From NCBI GenBank assembly GCA_918797485.1, contig CAKKNE010000003.1, positions 1,612,001-1,676,000 of the forward strand: a stretch of DNA of 64,000 nucleotides, read 5' to 3'. Of the stretch, positions 42,443-52,957 are shown one piece after another (position 1 is the first letter of the stretch; each line of letters opens with the position of its first letter). The notes under the pieces were generated by a model. That model saw nothing but the letters and a program-made list of their open reading frames with translations. It was not told where the DNA came from and ran no database searches. The position numbers and the translations under genes were made by a program. The stretch comes from Pelagomonas calceolata. Taxonomy: Eukaryota.

Positions 42443-43927
42443 ATGAGCGCGATGGCGGACGCCAGCGACGCAAATACAATGGACCCGGCCGGCGGCCTCC
42501 TCAAGTTCTTCATTGGCGAGGACCCCGTGCAGCGCTGCCTGCGCCACCCTTTACTGAGGGAGTACGTGACCGACGCGGCGTTCTGCAGACGACTGCGAGA
42601 ATTACAAAAGAAGTGCGAGGCCGCGACGACGCCGGAAGCCATGGGCGAACTCACCAGATTGATGCTGCACGACCCGCGCCTGACGCAGTGCTCCATGGCC
42701 GGGGCGGGCATGAATTTGACTGTCGAGAGTGAAGATATCAAAAAGGCCGAGCGCACGGGCGACGTCGAGAAGATGTCTCCCATACGAGTGGACGACGTCG
42801 TCGCCGCGCAAGAAATGTGTCAAGATTCAGCGACGGCCAAGGCGGAAGGCAACGCGCGGTTTGCAGCGGGCGACAGCGCTGGTGCTTTGGCCTTCTGGGC
42901 GCGAGCACTAAGGTTGGATCGCGAGAACGATGGCCCTGACGACATGGCGCTGGCCGCGGCGTTGTACGGCAACATCGCTGCGGCCTTGCTCAAGCTCGGG
43001 TATTGGAGTCGCGCGGAGCAGGCCGCTTCGAGGGCCGTAGCGTACTGTGACGTCGTGGAGAACGTGAATGTGAGGCGGCGCGCTTTGTATCGACGCGCCC
43101 TCGCGCGGGAGAAGCGGCGGGACGTCGCGCGGGCCTATTCTGACGTGCTCGAGGCGCGCGGCCTGCGTCCGAACTCTCCCTTCTTCACGCAGTCGACGCG
43201 TCGAACAACACAGGCCCAGAAGCTCGACCCGCCTCCCGCCGAACTTAAACTCTTGAACCGGGACGCGCGGCGCCTCCTCAAGCTCACGAAGCACGCCGAT
43301 GAAGCAAGGAAGGCTCGAGTCAAGCGCCGCGCGGAAGAGGCCCGGGCCGCGCACCAGCGGACGGCCGGCGTCGGGCTAGCAAGTAAACCGGCATCATCAA
43401 TGCCGGTGCCCGGCTCGACGCTAGGCTACCTCGAGGAGAGCGACCGCTCGCGCTGGGCCGAGGCGCGCCTCGCGGAGCTGCTCGAGAATGTCGAGGTCGA
43501 CCTCGGCCAGGGCGCATGCGTGGCCATCACGACGTGTCTATCAAACGAATCCTCGGTCAGCGCGTCGGTCACGCGGAAGCGGGGCCAGCGGAGTCTGTAC
43601 TACGACATCGACGTGAAATGCGCCTGGCGCGCGGAGTGGCGCGGCTTCGACCTGTCGCCCGCCAAGGACGGCCCCCGGCCGCTCGAGGGGTCCATCCGGC
43701 TCTACAACGTGAGCCACGAGACGCGCTACGAGCCCGGCGCCGACCCGACGGTGGCCTACATGTACCAGGTCGGCTACAAACTGCCGCGGCCGGACTGGTT
43801 CGACGGCTCCGCGGCGACGGCCGCGGCGCCGCCCTGGGCGCGGACGTTGATTGATGGGGCGCACGAGTTGTACGCGGCGGCGGCGGGCGCGGTGGACGCG
43901 CTCGTGCGGGAGATGACTGAGAAGTAA
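42443..43927 (+). CDS. TPR protein with STI1-like N-terminus and Aha1-N-like C-terminal domain (probable Hsp90 co-chaperone); likely in-frame GC-AG intron 43154-43213
   Basis: AKAEGNARF, LYGNIAAALLKLG, ALYRRALA; EESDRSRWA...ASVTRKRGQRSLYYDIDVKCAW. Confidence 0.75.
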   Translation: MSAMADASDANTMDPAGGLLKFFIGEDPVQRCLRHPLLREYVTDAAFCRRLRELQKKCEAATTPEAMGELTRLMLHDPRLTQCSMAGAGMNLTVESEDIKKAERTGDVEKMSPIRVDDVVAAQEMCQDSATAKAEGNARFAAGDSAGALAFWARALRLDRENDGPDDMALAAALYGNIAAALLKLGYWSRAEQAASRAVAYCDVVENVNVRRRALYRRALAREKRRDVARAYSDVLEARGLRPNSPFFTQSTRRTTQAQKLDPPPAELKLLNRDARRLLKLTKHADEARKARVKRRAEEARAAHQRTAGVGLASKPASSMPVPGSTLGYLEESDRSRWAEARLAELLENVEVDLGQGACVAITTCLSNESSVSASVTRKRGQRSLYYDIDVKCAWRAEWRGFDLSPAKDGPRPLEGSIRLYNVSHETRYEPGADPTVAYMYQVGYKLPRPDWFDGSAATAAAPPWARTLIDGAHELYAAAAGAVDALVREMTEK

Positions 43928-44357
43928 TGTGATTTAAGACAACTTATACAACTGGATTCTCACGCACAGTCCGTCAGTCCAAAGAATCCGGGGTGAGCGA
44001 ATCGAGCGCGCCCGGGCAGTGTTTCTGGTGCTCGGGCCAGTGCGCGCGCTGACAGGCCTAGGGTTAGGGTGGGTTTTTTACCCGAGGCTGAGGCTGAGGC
44101 TAGTTACGTCGCAGGGTTCCCCGTACCCCTCCCGTACCCTCGCTAGAGTCTTACATGACGCTAGCTCGCTTTTGCGTGCCCGGTCGACGCATTTACGCGT
44201 CCTGCGCACCGATCCTGAAATAAGTACGCGCAAGACGCATCTCTGTATCCATCGCTGCGTACCGCGCGGCCACAGCTCATCGCTCTCAGCCGCAGCGCAA
44301 CACTGAGCGCGCCACAGCAGCGACGCCAGCGACGCTGGCCGCAAGCAAAACAACTGC

Positions 44358-44585
44358 ATGCCCACGGAGACGCGGCCGCCGCGCAGTATTCCCAGTCCGC
44401 CGCCGAGACGGCGCCGGGACATGCCGCGCGCGGACCGCGGCCGGCAGCAGCTCCTGGACGACCTGGGCTACGTGCAGCCCATCTTTCGGGCGGGCAACTC
44501 CGGAGACTGCACGATTATTAAATCCGTCGCTTTGTTGCTAGTGGTTATTGGTCTCGTGGTGTTTGTAGGAAGGTTCGCGGAATGA
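44358..44585 (+). CDS. Small single-TM ORF overlapping the next start codon (ATGA)
   Basis: 75 aa with C-terminal hydrophobic helix; first ATG-initiated ORF after the intergenic motif at 44143. Confidence 0.45.
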   Translation: MPTETRPPRSIPSPPPRRRRDMPRADRGRQQLLDDLGYVQPIFRAGNSGDCTIIKSVALLLVVIGLVVFVGRFAE

Positions 44586-46156
44586 GTTACAGAAGGGACA
44601 AGTGGCGCCAGTACGCGGGCGACGAGCCGGAGCCGGGCAGCTCCGAGGACGAGGCTTATGCCGCTGTGGATGCCAAAGTGGCCTACACGCGCCAGAGCGT
44701 CCAAGAACGGGCGGAGAAGTGGGACGCGATCGAGGCCTTCGAGGCCTACAAAGCGGCCAAAAGTAGCTCGAAGACCTTACATCCTCCAAAGCACCGCGGC
44801 CTTTGTGCGTCCGTGCGCCCCCAGCAGGGCGCCGAGGCTCTGGTGTCCTTCGTCTGCAAACCGCGAGACGGGGGCAAGTCCGAAATAGGCGGCACGCGCG
44901 TGTCGGTGGTCGCGGGCGAAGAGCATGATGAAAAGTGGAAGCAGGTGCTGAGTCGAGAGGTCTTAGATATGAGGCGGGGCGAACGTATTGAAGCGGACAT
45001 TGATGATGAATTGAAGCTGGACTGCTGCCTCCACGCGGTGCGCGTGTCGCGGCAACTGGCGCCGGTCGACGCGGAGATCTACAAGGGCCACGGCACCGTC
45101 TCAACAAAGCGCATGGAGGCCCCGAAGCCCGGCGGGAAAAGGCCCCGGTTCGGCGGGACCGCTACTGTAAGATTAGTGATTGCCGACGATGATCGGGATG
45201 ATGATGCTCTATTCAAGGCTTCCGAGGGCGTCGACCCGCAAAATATAAAACTGGGCCAGGGCGACGTCTGCGAGGGGCTGGAGGTCGCTGTTTTAGCTAT
45301 GCGCCCCGGCGAGGGGTGTATTGTCACATGCGACGGGGCCTACGGCGACCCGTGCTATGCCGTCAGAAAAGTAGGTTTAGGGCCCTCGATCCGGGCGGCC
45401 GTCCGCTTGGATGCCGTGACCGAAGGCGACGAGGACGCGTCGTACCTCAAGGAGCGCGGCGCGATGCTTTTGGGGGAGGGCGAATGTCGACGGGCCGAGG
45501 CGTGTTTTACGAGAGCGGCGCGGCGCGCCGAGGCCCAGCTCAAGGCCCTGGACGAGGACGACGACGAGGCGTTCGCGAAACTCAAAGACGTCCTCGCGCG
45601 GTGTTTGCTGAACGTCGCGCTCTGCTGCAAGAAACGAAACGGTAGGAGGGATGAAATCGCGGTGCTAGACGGTGCCTTAGGTGTTTTAGGTGATGACGTC
45701 GACGAAGCGGTGGCGAGCGAGGTCGAGGCCGCCATGTCTTCGGCAACTCTGTTGCTCAGGGCCAAGGCGCGCCTGCGGCGGGGCGCCGCCCGCGGTTTTC
45801 TGGGAGACGCCGACGCCGCGGCTCAGGATTTGACCGCGGCCGACGCGCTCGCGGCGCGCATCGTCGACGAGGTGCCCGCGGCGGCGGCGCTCCGGCGCGA
45901 CGTCGTCCGCGAGCGGCGCGTCCAGGCAGCGGCGGCCGCGCGGCGCCGGAAGCGCGAGAAGGCCGCCTTCGCGGGCAAGACGCTTTTTGACGAGCGGGAC
46001 GCGGCGGCGCGCGAGGCCTCGGAGGCCGCGGCGAAGGCGCGCCACGCCGCCGAGGAAGCTCGACGCGACGCGGAGGGGTGCCGGCGCGCCCAGGCCATCG
46101 CCGCGCAGGCGCCGGACGACGAGGAAGTGGAGATTGGGGACATTAGGAGGCTCTAA
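44582..46156 (+). CDS. FKBP-type PPIase domain plus TPR protein
   Basis: LGQGDVCEGLEVAVLAMRPGE..AYG; LKERGA, LLNVALC, ARLRRGAA. Confidence 0.8.
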   Translation: MSYRRDKWRQYAGDEPEPGSSEDEAYAAVDAKVAYTRQSVQERAEKWDAIEAFEAYKAAKSSSKTLHPPKHRGLCASVRPQQGAEALVSFVCKPRDGGKSEIGGTRVSVVAGEEHDEKWKQVLSREVLDMRRGERIEADIDDELKLDCCLHAVRVSRQLAPVDAEIYKGHGTVSTKRMEAPKPGGKRPRFGGTATVRLVIADDDRDDDALFKASEGVDPQNIKLGQGDVCEGLEVAVLAMRPGEGCIVTCDGAYGDPCYAVRKVGLGPSIRAAVRLDAVTEGDEDASYLKERGAMLLGEGECRRAEACFTRAARRAEAQLKALDEDDDEAFAKLKDVLARCLLNVALCCKKRNGRRDEIAVLDGALGVLGDDVDEAVASEVEAAMSSATLLLRAKARLRRGAARGFLGDADAAAQDLTAADALAARIVDEVPAAAALRRDVVRERRVQAAAAARRRKREKAAFAGKTLFDERDAAAREASEAAAKARHAAEEARRDAEGCRRAQAIAAQAPDDEEVEIGDIRRL

Positions 46157-46457
46157 TATGGCTTTGTAGTTTTTTTTGTTGATGCTCGGTCTCGCGGCGT
46201 CCCGAATCACCCGCACGCTTTTGCGCCCCTTTTTTCTCTTATACGTCTCCAGATACGCCTCCCGTTCGCGTGACGCCTCCTGGACTCGGTTTCGATTACG
46301 CGGCTATCGAGAGCGTGCCTCTCCGATGACAAGGACTGGCTGTTGCGGAGCGCCGGTGAAACCCCCGGTCGTCGACGCAAACGCCGTGAAACAACGAGCT
46401 GACAAGCCTACCGTCGCCCTCGCAGCGCACCGCTATCGACTGAGCTCTTTTTTGGCT

Positions 46458-46634
46458 GTCACAGACACCGAGAGGCTAAGATAGCAGCCGAACGCCGTCG
46501 ACGCGAAGATATTGCGCGTCTCACAGACACCGAGAGGCTAAGATAAGCAGCCGTACGCCGCCGACGCGAAGATATTGCGCGTGTCACGGACATCGAGAGG
46601 CTAAAATCAGGACGCCGTCGACGCGAAGATATTG
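46458..46634. repeat. Tandem repeat of 3 x ~61 bp just upstream of the BolA gene
   Basis: TCAC(A/G)GACA(C/T)CGAGAGGCTAA...ACGCCG(T/C)CGACGCGAAGATATTG three times. Confidence 0.9.
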
Positions 46635-46643
46635 ACAAACAAC

Positions 46644-47144
46644 ATGGCGGCCCACAGCGAAGCCATCGCCGTGAACGATGAAGGGATCGTCCTACGCACG
46701 AGCCTGCCGCCGAAGCCGACGCCCGCGACGCCGCTCCGACGACAACAGTTCGTCTGCGACTGCATGGAGGCGGAGCCGGAGCTCTCGACGTCGCCGTCCA
46801 GCGTCGTGGACTTCCCGGACCTGCCCTGCGGCATCCTGCCGCCGGCGCTGCCCATCGTGACGAACGACCCGCTCGGCGTCGACGCGGCCGTGCGCGGGGC
46901 CGTGCCGGGCGTCGTCGAGCTCCGCCTCGTGGACACGACGGACGAGGCCCACGTCGCCGTCGGCGCGGCCGACGGGCGCGCGATCGCGGCGCACGGGCGG
47001 CAGCTCCAAGTCTACGTCGAGGCGACGTCGTTCCGGGGCGTGCGGCCGCTCCAGCGCCACCGCCGCGTCATGGGCGCGCTCGCCCCCCTGATCGACAGCG
47101 GCGTCCTGCACAGCGTGCAGATCAAGTGCGCCGCGGCGCCCTAG
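46644..47144 (+). CDS. BolA-family protein
   Basis: VYVEATSFRGVRPLQRHRRVMGAL..LHSVQI. Confidence 0.8.
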   Translation: MAAHSEAIAVNDEGIVLRTSLPPKPTPATPLRRQQFVCDCMEAEPELSTSPSSVVDFPDLPCGILPPALPIVTNDPLGVDAAVRGAVPGVVELRLVDTTDEAHVAVGAADGRAIAAHGRQLQVYVEATSFRGVRPLQRHRRVMGALAPLIDSGVLHSVQIKCAAAP

Positions 47145-47235
47145 AAGTCCCCCTTTCGTGTGTGCCCCGCCCCCAAGTCGTTTGTAAGATCGTTTCAAGT
47201 CAATAAAAATGCACACAAAAGGGAGCTTACGCGTC

Positions 47236-47994
47236 TCAGGCCGCCCGGAACGTCTGGATGATCGCCGGGATGTAGCGCGCGACCTCGGGGTTCTGGGACA
47301 GCGTGTCCACGGGCGCCGACGCCCAGGCCGTTAGGACCTTGCCCTCCCTTCGCAAGGAGACGCAGACCTCCTTGCGGACGATGGGAACATCATTGGGAAT
47401 CTCGAAGTAGGCCTTGCCCTCGAACTCGACCCTATCAGGGGCTTTCACGGCCGACGAGACCAATCTAGCTGACGACCAGCCGAGCTCGGCAGCTCTATCG
47501 TCGAGGAGCTTCCGCGCGAACCTCGCCGCCGCCGCCTCCAGCGACTTGGCGCCGTTCTTCTTGACGGCCTGGATGGCTGGCCAGTCCACATTACTCAGGG
47601 GCTGGCACGTCACGGCGATGACGGCGCCCTGCCCGAGATCCGTCGCGGCGAACCGGGTCCCTCGCGGCGGCGCGCCTCCTAGGAGTTCGGGGAGCGGCTG
47701 CGTGCGCATCCAGTTGTTCGAGGGGTAGGCGACCTCGAAGCCGTCCTCCAGATCCCGAAAGACCCGCGCTTGATCATTTGTAGGTAATTTCGTGTCTACT
47801 TCCGCCCAACGCGGGCCCGCCCAGGCCTGGTCGGCGCGCGCTGATTGCGGTAGCGCCAACGCGGCGGCCGGCAGGGTTAGGACCTGCCTTCTTTTCATGG
47901 CGGCGGCCGGCGCCTTGGGCGCCTGCTGCTGCTGGAATTTGAGCGCTGAGCTCACTGCCGGCAAAATGAGCAGATTTCTCGAGGCGAGACGCAT
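47236..47994 (-). CDS. PsbP-like thylakoid lumen protein
   Basis: Signal peptide, twin-Arg KRRQVL, AxA cleavage (ARA-D), FRDLEDGFEVAYPSNNW, C-terminal IIQTF. Confidence 0.65.
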   Translation of the reverse strand: MRLASRNLLILPAVSSALKFQQQQAPKAPAAAMKRRQVLTLPAAALALPQSARADQAWAGPRWAEVDTKLPTNDQARVFRDLEDGFEVAYPSNNWMRTQPLPELLGGAPPRGTRFAATDLGQGAVIAVTCQPLSNVDWPAIQAVKKNGAKSLEAAAARFARKLLDDRAAELGWSSARLVSSAVKAPDRVEFEGKAYFEIPNDVPIVRKEVCVSLRREGKVLTAWASAPVDTLSQNPEVARYIPAIIQTFRAA

Positions 47995-48352
47995 CGTTTT
48001 TGCTGCGGTGCGTGTTTGTGGTGTAGATTTTGGTCCTGTGGCGGTCTCGATGAGCGGTTTTGACTGCGGCGGTCTTCTATGGTGCCAAAATCTCTCACCA
48101 AGACCTCCTGCCTGCCAAGCACGCGCTCACAAGTCGCAATGGGGTACGCCAACGGATTCGCGCCGTGACGCCGCCCCGAGGGCTCTTCGTCAAGCCCGGG
48201 AGTGGGCTCGTTCGTTCGGCTGATTTGGAGCTAGCAAATTTGACGCAATTCTAAAAACGCGCCGCCGCGGCCGAGAACGACTCCGCGTAAGACCGGCCGT
48301 GTGGCTAGGCGGCCTAGCTTCAAAGCAAGTTCACAAACCAAATTACCACCTA

Positions 48353-50531
48353 CTACTTCCGCTCCTTCAAGGGAAACGACGCCGTGTTCCCCTCCGGCGG
48401 CACGAAGGCCTCCGCGCGGCCGCCGAGGTGCTCCTTCAGGAACAGCTCCGTCCGCCCGTTGAAGTCGATGCGGTTCGGCGGCCGCGCCCACCCGTGCCCT
48501 TCATCCGGATACAAGACGTACTCCACCGGGATGCCCTTGTCCGCCATGGAGAACGCGATCTGGTCCGCCTCCGCCTGCTTGACGCGCGGGTCGTTCGCGC
48601 CCTGGCCGATGAGTAACGGCGCCTTGATGGCGTCAACATGATATAAAGGAGAGATCTTCTCGTTGAAGGCCTTATCTTCATCCACGTCGCCGATCTTCTT
48701 CAGCATGTCGTTCCGCAGGGGACCCCAGTACGGCGGTATGCTATCTAACAACGTCTTGATGTTCGACGGGCCCACGATGTCCACACCGCACTTGTACAGA
48801 TCGGGGGTGAAGGTCAAGCCCGCCAGACACGCGTAGCCGCCGTAGGAGCCGCCATAGATGCACACGTTCTCCGGGTCCGCAATGCCCTGGTCCACGGCCC
48901 ACTTCACGGCGTCCGTCAGGTCGTGCTGCATCGCACCCACGCCCCACTCCTTGTCTCCTTTATGCAGGAAGGACTTGCCGTAGCCCGAGCTCCCCCGGTA
49001 GTTCACTTGTAAACAGGCATACCCGCGATTCGCGAACCACTGCGCGGCGCTGTTGAAGCCCCAAAAATCTCTGGCCCACGGCCCGCCGTGCACGCAGAGC
49101 ACCAGCGGCGTCGGCGTGTCGGCCTTGGCGCGCGTCAGGTACGCGACGAGCTCGAGCCCGTCCCGCGCTTGTATGCGAACGTCCTCCATGTGCGCGAACC
49201 TGTGTGGAAATCACGCCATCGGGCCGACACGCCACGGGGACAACGTCGCGTCGATGGCGTGGGGCGCCCGAAATTTGATTGCCACACAGGCGCGAACTTG
49301 TAATCAGAAAGCGCCGGCTGGCTCACGAAGAGCGGCGTCAGCTTGTGCGACGCCGTGTCGTACAGCGAGTACTCCGTCGGCCCGTCGTCCCTGCGGAACG
49401 ACACGACCCAGGTCGCCTCGTCGCGCGTCTTCGACACTAATGAAACTTCCGCTTTGTCGGGGCCCATGCCCTCGAGCCGGTCGAAGTGGCCCTTCAGCTC
49501 CTCGTCGAAGAAGGTCCGCTCCGTGCGCGCGTAGTTGAACGACACGGCCCGGACCTCCTTCGTGTCCTCGTCTAACATGATGCCGCCGCAGTCCGCCTTA
49601 TCGTTAAAGGCGATGACCTCCGTCGTCGACCCGTCGGACAATTTGACTTTGGTCAGCGCCGTCGTCTCGCGGCCGACGGACGACGTCATGAGCGCGTGCT
49701 CGCCGTCGCCGCAGAAGTCGACCATGCCGCCCTCCTCGCCGTAAGGAAAGACGGCGAGGTCGCGCCACTCACTTTTGGGAGAGTCGCGGACCAATACGGT
49801 CTTGGACGAGTCAGGGTTGACCCGAATGCCCTCGCGCACCTCGAAGGACTCGTCTTCCGAACCCCAGCCGACGATACCGCCGGGGTTCTCCGTGTCCAGC
49901 TCGATGGCCCCCGACTCTAATTGGACGCGGTACATGTCGAATTGAGCTTTATCTCTAGCATTGACCGCCACTAACAGTTCGTCGGGGAAGCGCTTGTTCG
50001 TGATGACGTTCTGGGCCTTCGCGCCGTCGAAGGGCGTCAGGTCTCTCGCTTTTGATCCTTCCTTGCTGACGTCGACCGCGAACAAATGGAAATTCTCGTC
50101 GCCGCCGTCGTCCTGCAGATACAGCAACGTCTTCGAGTCCTCGGCCCAGAAGATCTGGCGGATGCCCCGGTACGTGTCTTCGGTCACCACCCTATCGTCG
50201 CCGCCCGCCGCGCTGCGCACCCACGCGTTGAGCACGCCGTCGACGGGCTTCAGGTAGGCTAATTTGGAGCCGTCCGGCGTGACGGAGGGGGCTGCGTACC
50301 TGTGTGTGCACGGCGTCGCGTCGACGGCATGTCACGGCCAGCCGCGGTCGCCGATACAATGATTCCTACGCCGGCACAGTACTCGGGGTTGCCGAAGAGG
50401 ACGTCGCGCGGCACGAGTTCCGCGTCAGCCGCGGAGAATTTCATTGCTGCTGTGCGCATGGGCAGGCTGCGGGGTGCAGTGAACGCGGCTGACGCGGCAA
50501 TTGCTACAATTGCTACAGAATGTTTGAGCAT
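48353..50531 (-). CDS. S9-family acylaminoacyl/dipeptidyl aminopeptidase, plastid-targeted; introns 50300-50382 and 49200-49297
   Basis: ASAAFTAP presequence; HGGPW, GGSYGGY nucleophile motif, GANDPRV, DEGHG; splicing joins three ORF-track pieces in frame. Confidence 0.9.
49200..49289. mobile_element. Introner element (90 bp) with TIRs and 8-bp TSD GCGCGAAC
   Basis: CTGTGTGGAAATCA...TGATTGCCACACAG; TSD at 49192-49199 and 49290-49297. Confidence 0.9.
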
Positions 50532-51134
50532 TTTGAAAACGTGAGTCGTGCGTTTGCTCTTTTGCAGCAGCACGACAGCTACACCAGCGTTTTGGGGTGT
50601 GTCCAGCTAAGCTCTGCGAGCTAATCGTGCGGGTTCAGAGCGACGGATCGTAGGCGTCGCGGGGACGCGGATTGAGAGCAAACGGGTGCGAGAAGACGAG
50701 TGTTTCAAAAACGTTGGGAGAGGCACGCGCCGCTCCTCGATGGCCAACACAGCATAGACGCGCATTCGACTTGGCTGATTGCTGCTAATTTTGCGTTGGA
50801 TCCAGCGTCATATGCAAGAGTACACATATCGTACTTCGGCAGCGCATATTTTGCTGCTTATCGCTCGACGGGTACGCAACGAGCCTCAAAATGCCAGACC
50901 TCCCCAGCTAGCGCTTCGGTAGCGCCAACGGGGCATCGAACGCAACTCAATAATCGTTCAGCAAGGCACCACACGCAACGCGCATCGCTCCGTTCGTTTG
51001 TTGGCTGCACAATTTGAAAAATTGTGGACGCGGTCGACGCATCGATGCGACGAGCGGGCCATGGGATCGCGGTAGCGAACGCCACGATCGCGGTAGCACG
51101 AACGCCATCGACGCGGCACTCCTTCGCAGGCAGC

Positions 51135-51841
51135 ATGAAGGTGACGTTCGCCCTACTCGCGGGCTCGGCTGCGGCCTTCGCGCCGCCGCGCGCGCCGCCG
51201 ACGGCGCGCCGCGCGCGGCCCGCGCGGCCCGTCGCGGTCCGGGCCTCGTCGCTGCCCGACCTGCTCCTCTCGCTCGAGCTGCCGACGCTCGTGGCCCCGA
51301 GGGAGTCGCAGCTCCCCTTCACGAGCCCGTTCTTCATCGCGTTCTTTATCTTCTCCATCATCGGGGGCCTGCCCTTCCTCGCGTGGCTCAGGCTGTCGTC
51401 GCTGTGCGTTTCGGAGTCTCAAACTTTGGAGTGCCTTCGACGCGGCGATGGCGTGCTGGTGGCGTAGAAGTACGCGTCGCCGCCCGCGAGAGACCGGTCG
51501 ATGTTCCACGCAGGGAGGAGGACCCGGAGGCGCCGTTCGACCTCAACGGCGCGGCGCGCGAAAAGGGCGTCGAGCTGCCGAAGCTCCCGGGCTTGCCGGA
51601 CTTTACGCTCCCGAAGCTCGGCAACGACCTGCGCGAGATCGAGCTCCCCGACGCCGTGGCGGACAAGGTCGGCGCCTGTGTGAAAATCAAAATTTTACGG
51701 CGCGTTCGCCGAGAAATACACCCGACGCACTGGTTGATTTCCACACAGGTCGGCGCGAAGGAGAGCGGCCAGCTCATCGATCTGTTGCCCTGGAACCGGC
51801 CGGACTACCCGCTGAAGCCGAAGAAGGGCTCGGGCCTCTAG
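51135..51841 (+). CDS. Plastid-targeted single-TM protein; introns 51404-51513 and 51668-51748
   Basis: MKVTFALLAGSAAA-FAP presequence and a TM helix; splicing restores the frame; CGCAG at 51125-51129 suggests an additional 5'UTR intron. Confidence 0.75.
51676..51748. mobile_element. Introner element (73 bp) with TIRs and 8-bp TSD GTCGGCGC
   Basis: CTGTGTGAAAATCAA...TTGATTTCCACACAG; TSD at 51668-51675 and 51749-51756. Confidence 0.9.
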
Positions 51842-52224
51842 GCATTGTGTCGTGGGGTGTAACGGCACTCTATACATAGACCAGGTAGCGGCGCCTCGAC
51901 GGCGTCTGGCTTGTAGTAAATCCTTGGTCCACCGTAGTCTATCACGGTCGCGTCTACTAGTGGGCAGAGCCCACGACGGTCGGTTATTTCTATTACGCTA
52001 CTACTACACTATTTGGCCGACCCCCTGGGAGGGACACATCTCTACGTATGCAGTCTAGTGTGTCGACACGCTAGGTAATTATTTTTTAGCTCATCATCAC
52101 CTGCTCTAACGGTGTCTGAGGCATCTCTGCACTTGTCATTGATCGCCCGCAAGCAGCACACCAACAGCACTGTGCATCTATTGCAGCTGGAGTCACTCCA
52201 ACCAGGAGCAATCAACAAAAAGCA

Positions 52225-52951
52225 ATGGTGACTGCAGCCCTCTCCCTAGCGCTCACCGCATACGTCGCCACGATACTGCACCGCCTCGAGACATTCGAAC
52301 CGAAATTCAACAGAACAGACTACACCCATGTCGTAGTGGCGGGCGCATGGCGCCTCCCCAATAAAACCCTGAGCGCGACCTTTGCGAGACGAGTCGACCG
52401 CGGCGACGAGCTCGCACAACAATTCAATGCAACGCTGGTCTTCACGGGTGGTCTGGGCGACTCGCGAGCAGCAAAAAAATACAGCACGTACGGCGGCCCG
52501 ACCCTCTACGAGGACAAGTCGCGCACGACGCTCCAGAACGCCATCGAGACGGCCCGCGTCGCGCCCGACGCGACGTCGATCCTCGTGGTCTCGTCGCCGT
52601 ACCATCTGGGACGGTGCCTCGTCTATTTCCAGAGAGCTTTCCCGAATAGCGTCGTCGACGTCGCCGCCGCGTTGCCGGATAAGAGGAATGACGGGAGCTG
52701 CGGCCGCTTCTTCGAGGGCTTCTACTGGGCGAAGACCTGCGTGCTCGGGCTGCCGTACGGTGGCCGCGTCTAAATCAACCAGCGGTCGCGTCGATGGCGT
52801 GGGGGTGACGCCGTCCACACACAGGTACGCGGGCTCGATTAGAGAACTCGGCGCGTGGGCCAAGAACATCCTCCAAGGACATTTGTCCTTGCGAGGCGAC
52901 GCGATCGACTTCCTGAAGCGCCTCGACCTCAAGAAGAAGGGAGTAACATAA
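52225..52951 (+). CDS. DUF218/YdcF-like protein; intron 52755-52824
   Basis: VVVAGA, RRVDRG, VFTGG, EDKSRTTLQNA, VSSPYHLGR; the spliced 3' exon supplies the IRE motif. Confidence 0.8.
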
Positions 52952-52957
52952 CGAACA

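Noticed and set aside
44059..44074. TAGGGTTAGGGTGGG telomere-like sequence
   Set aside because: Fewer than three units; too short to call an interstitial telomere.
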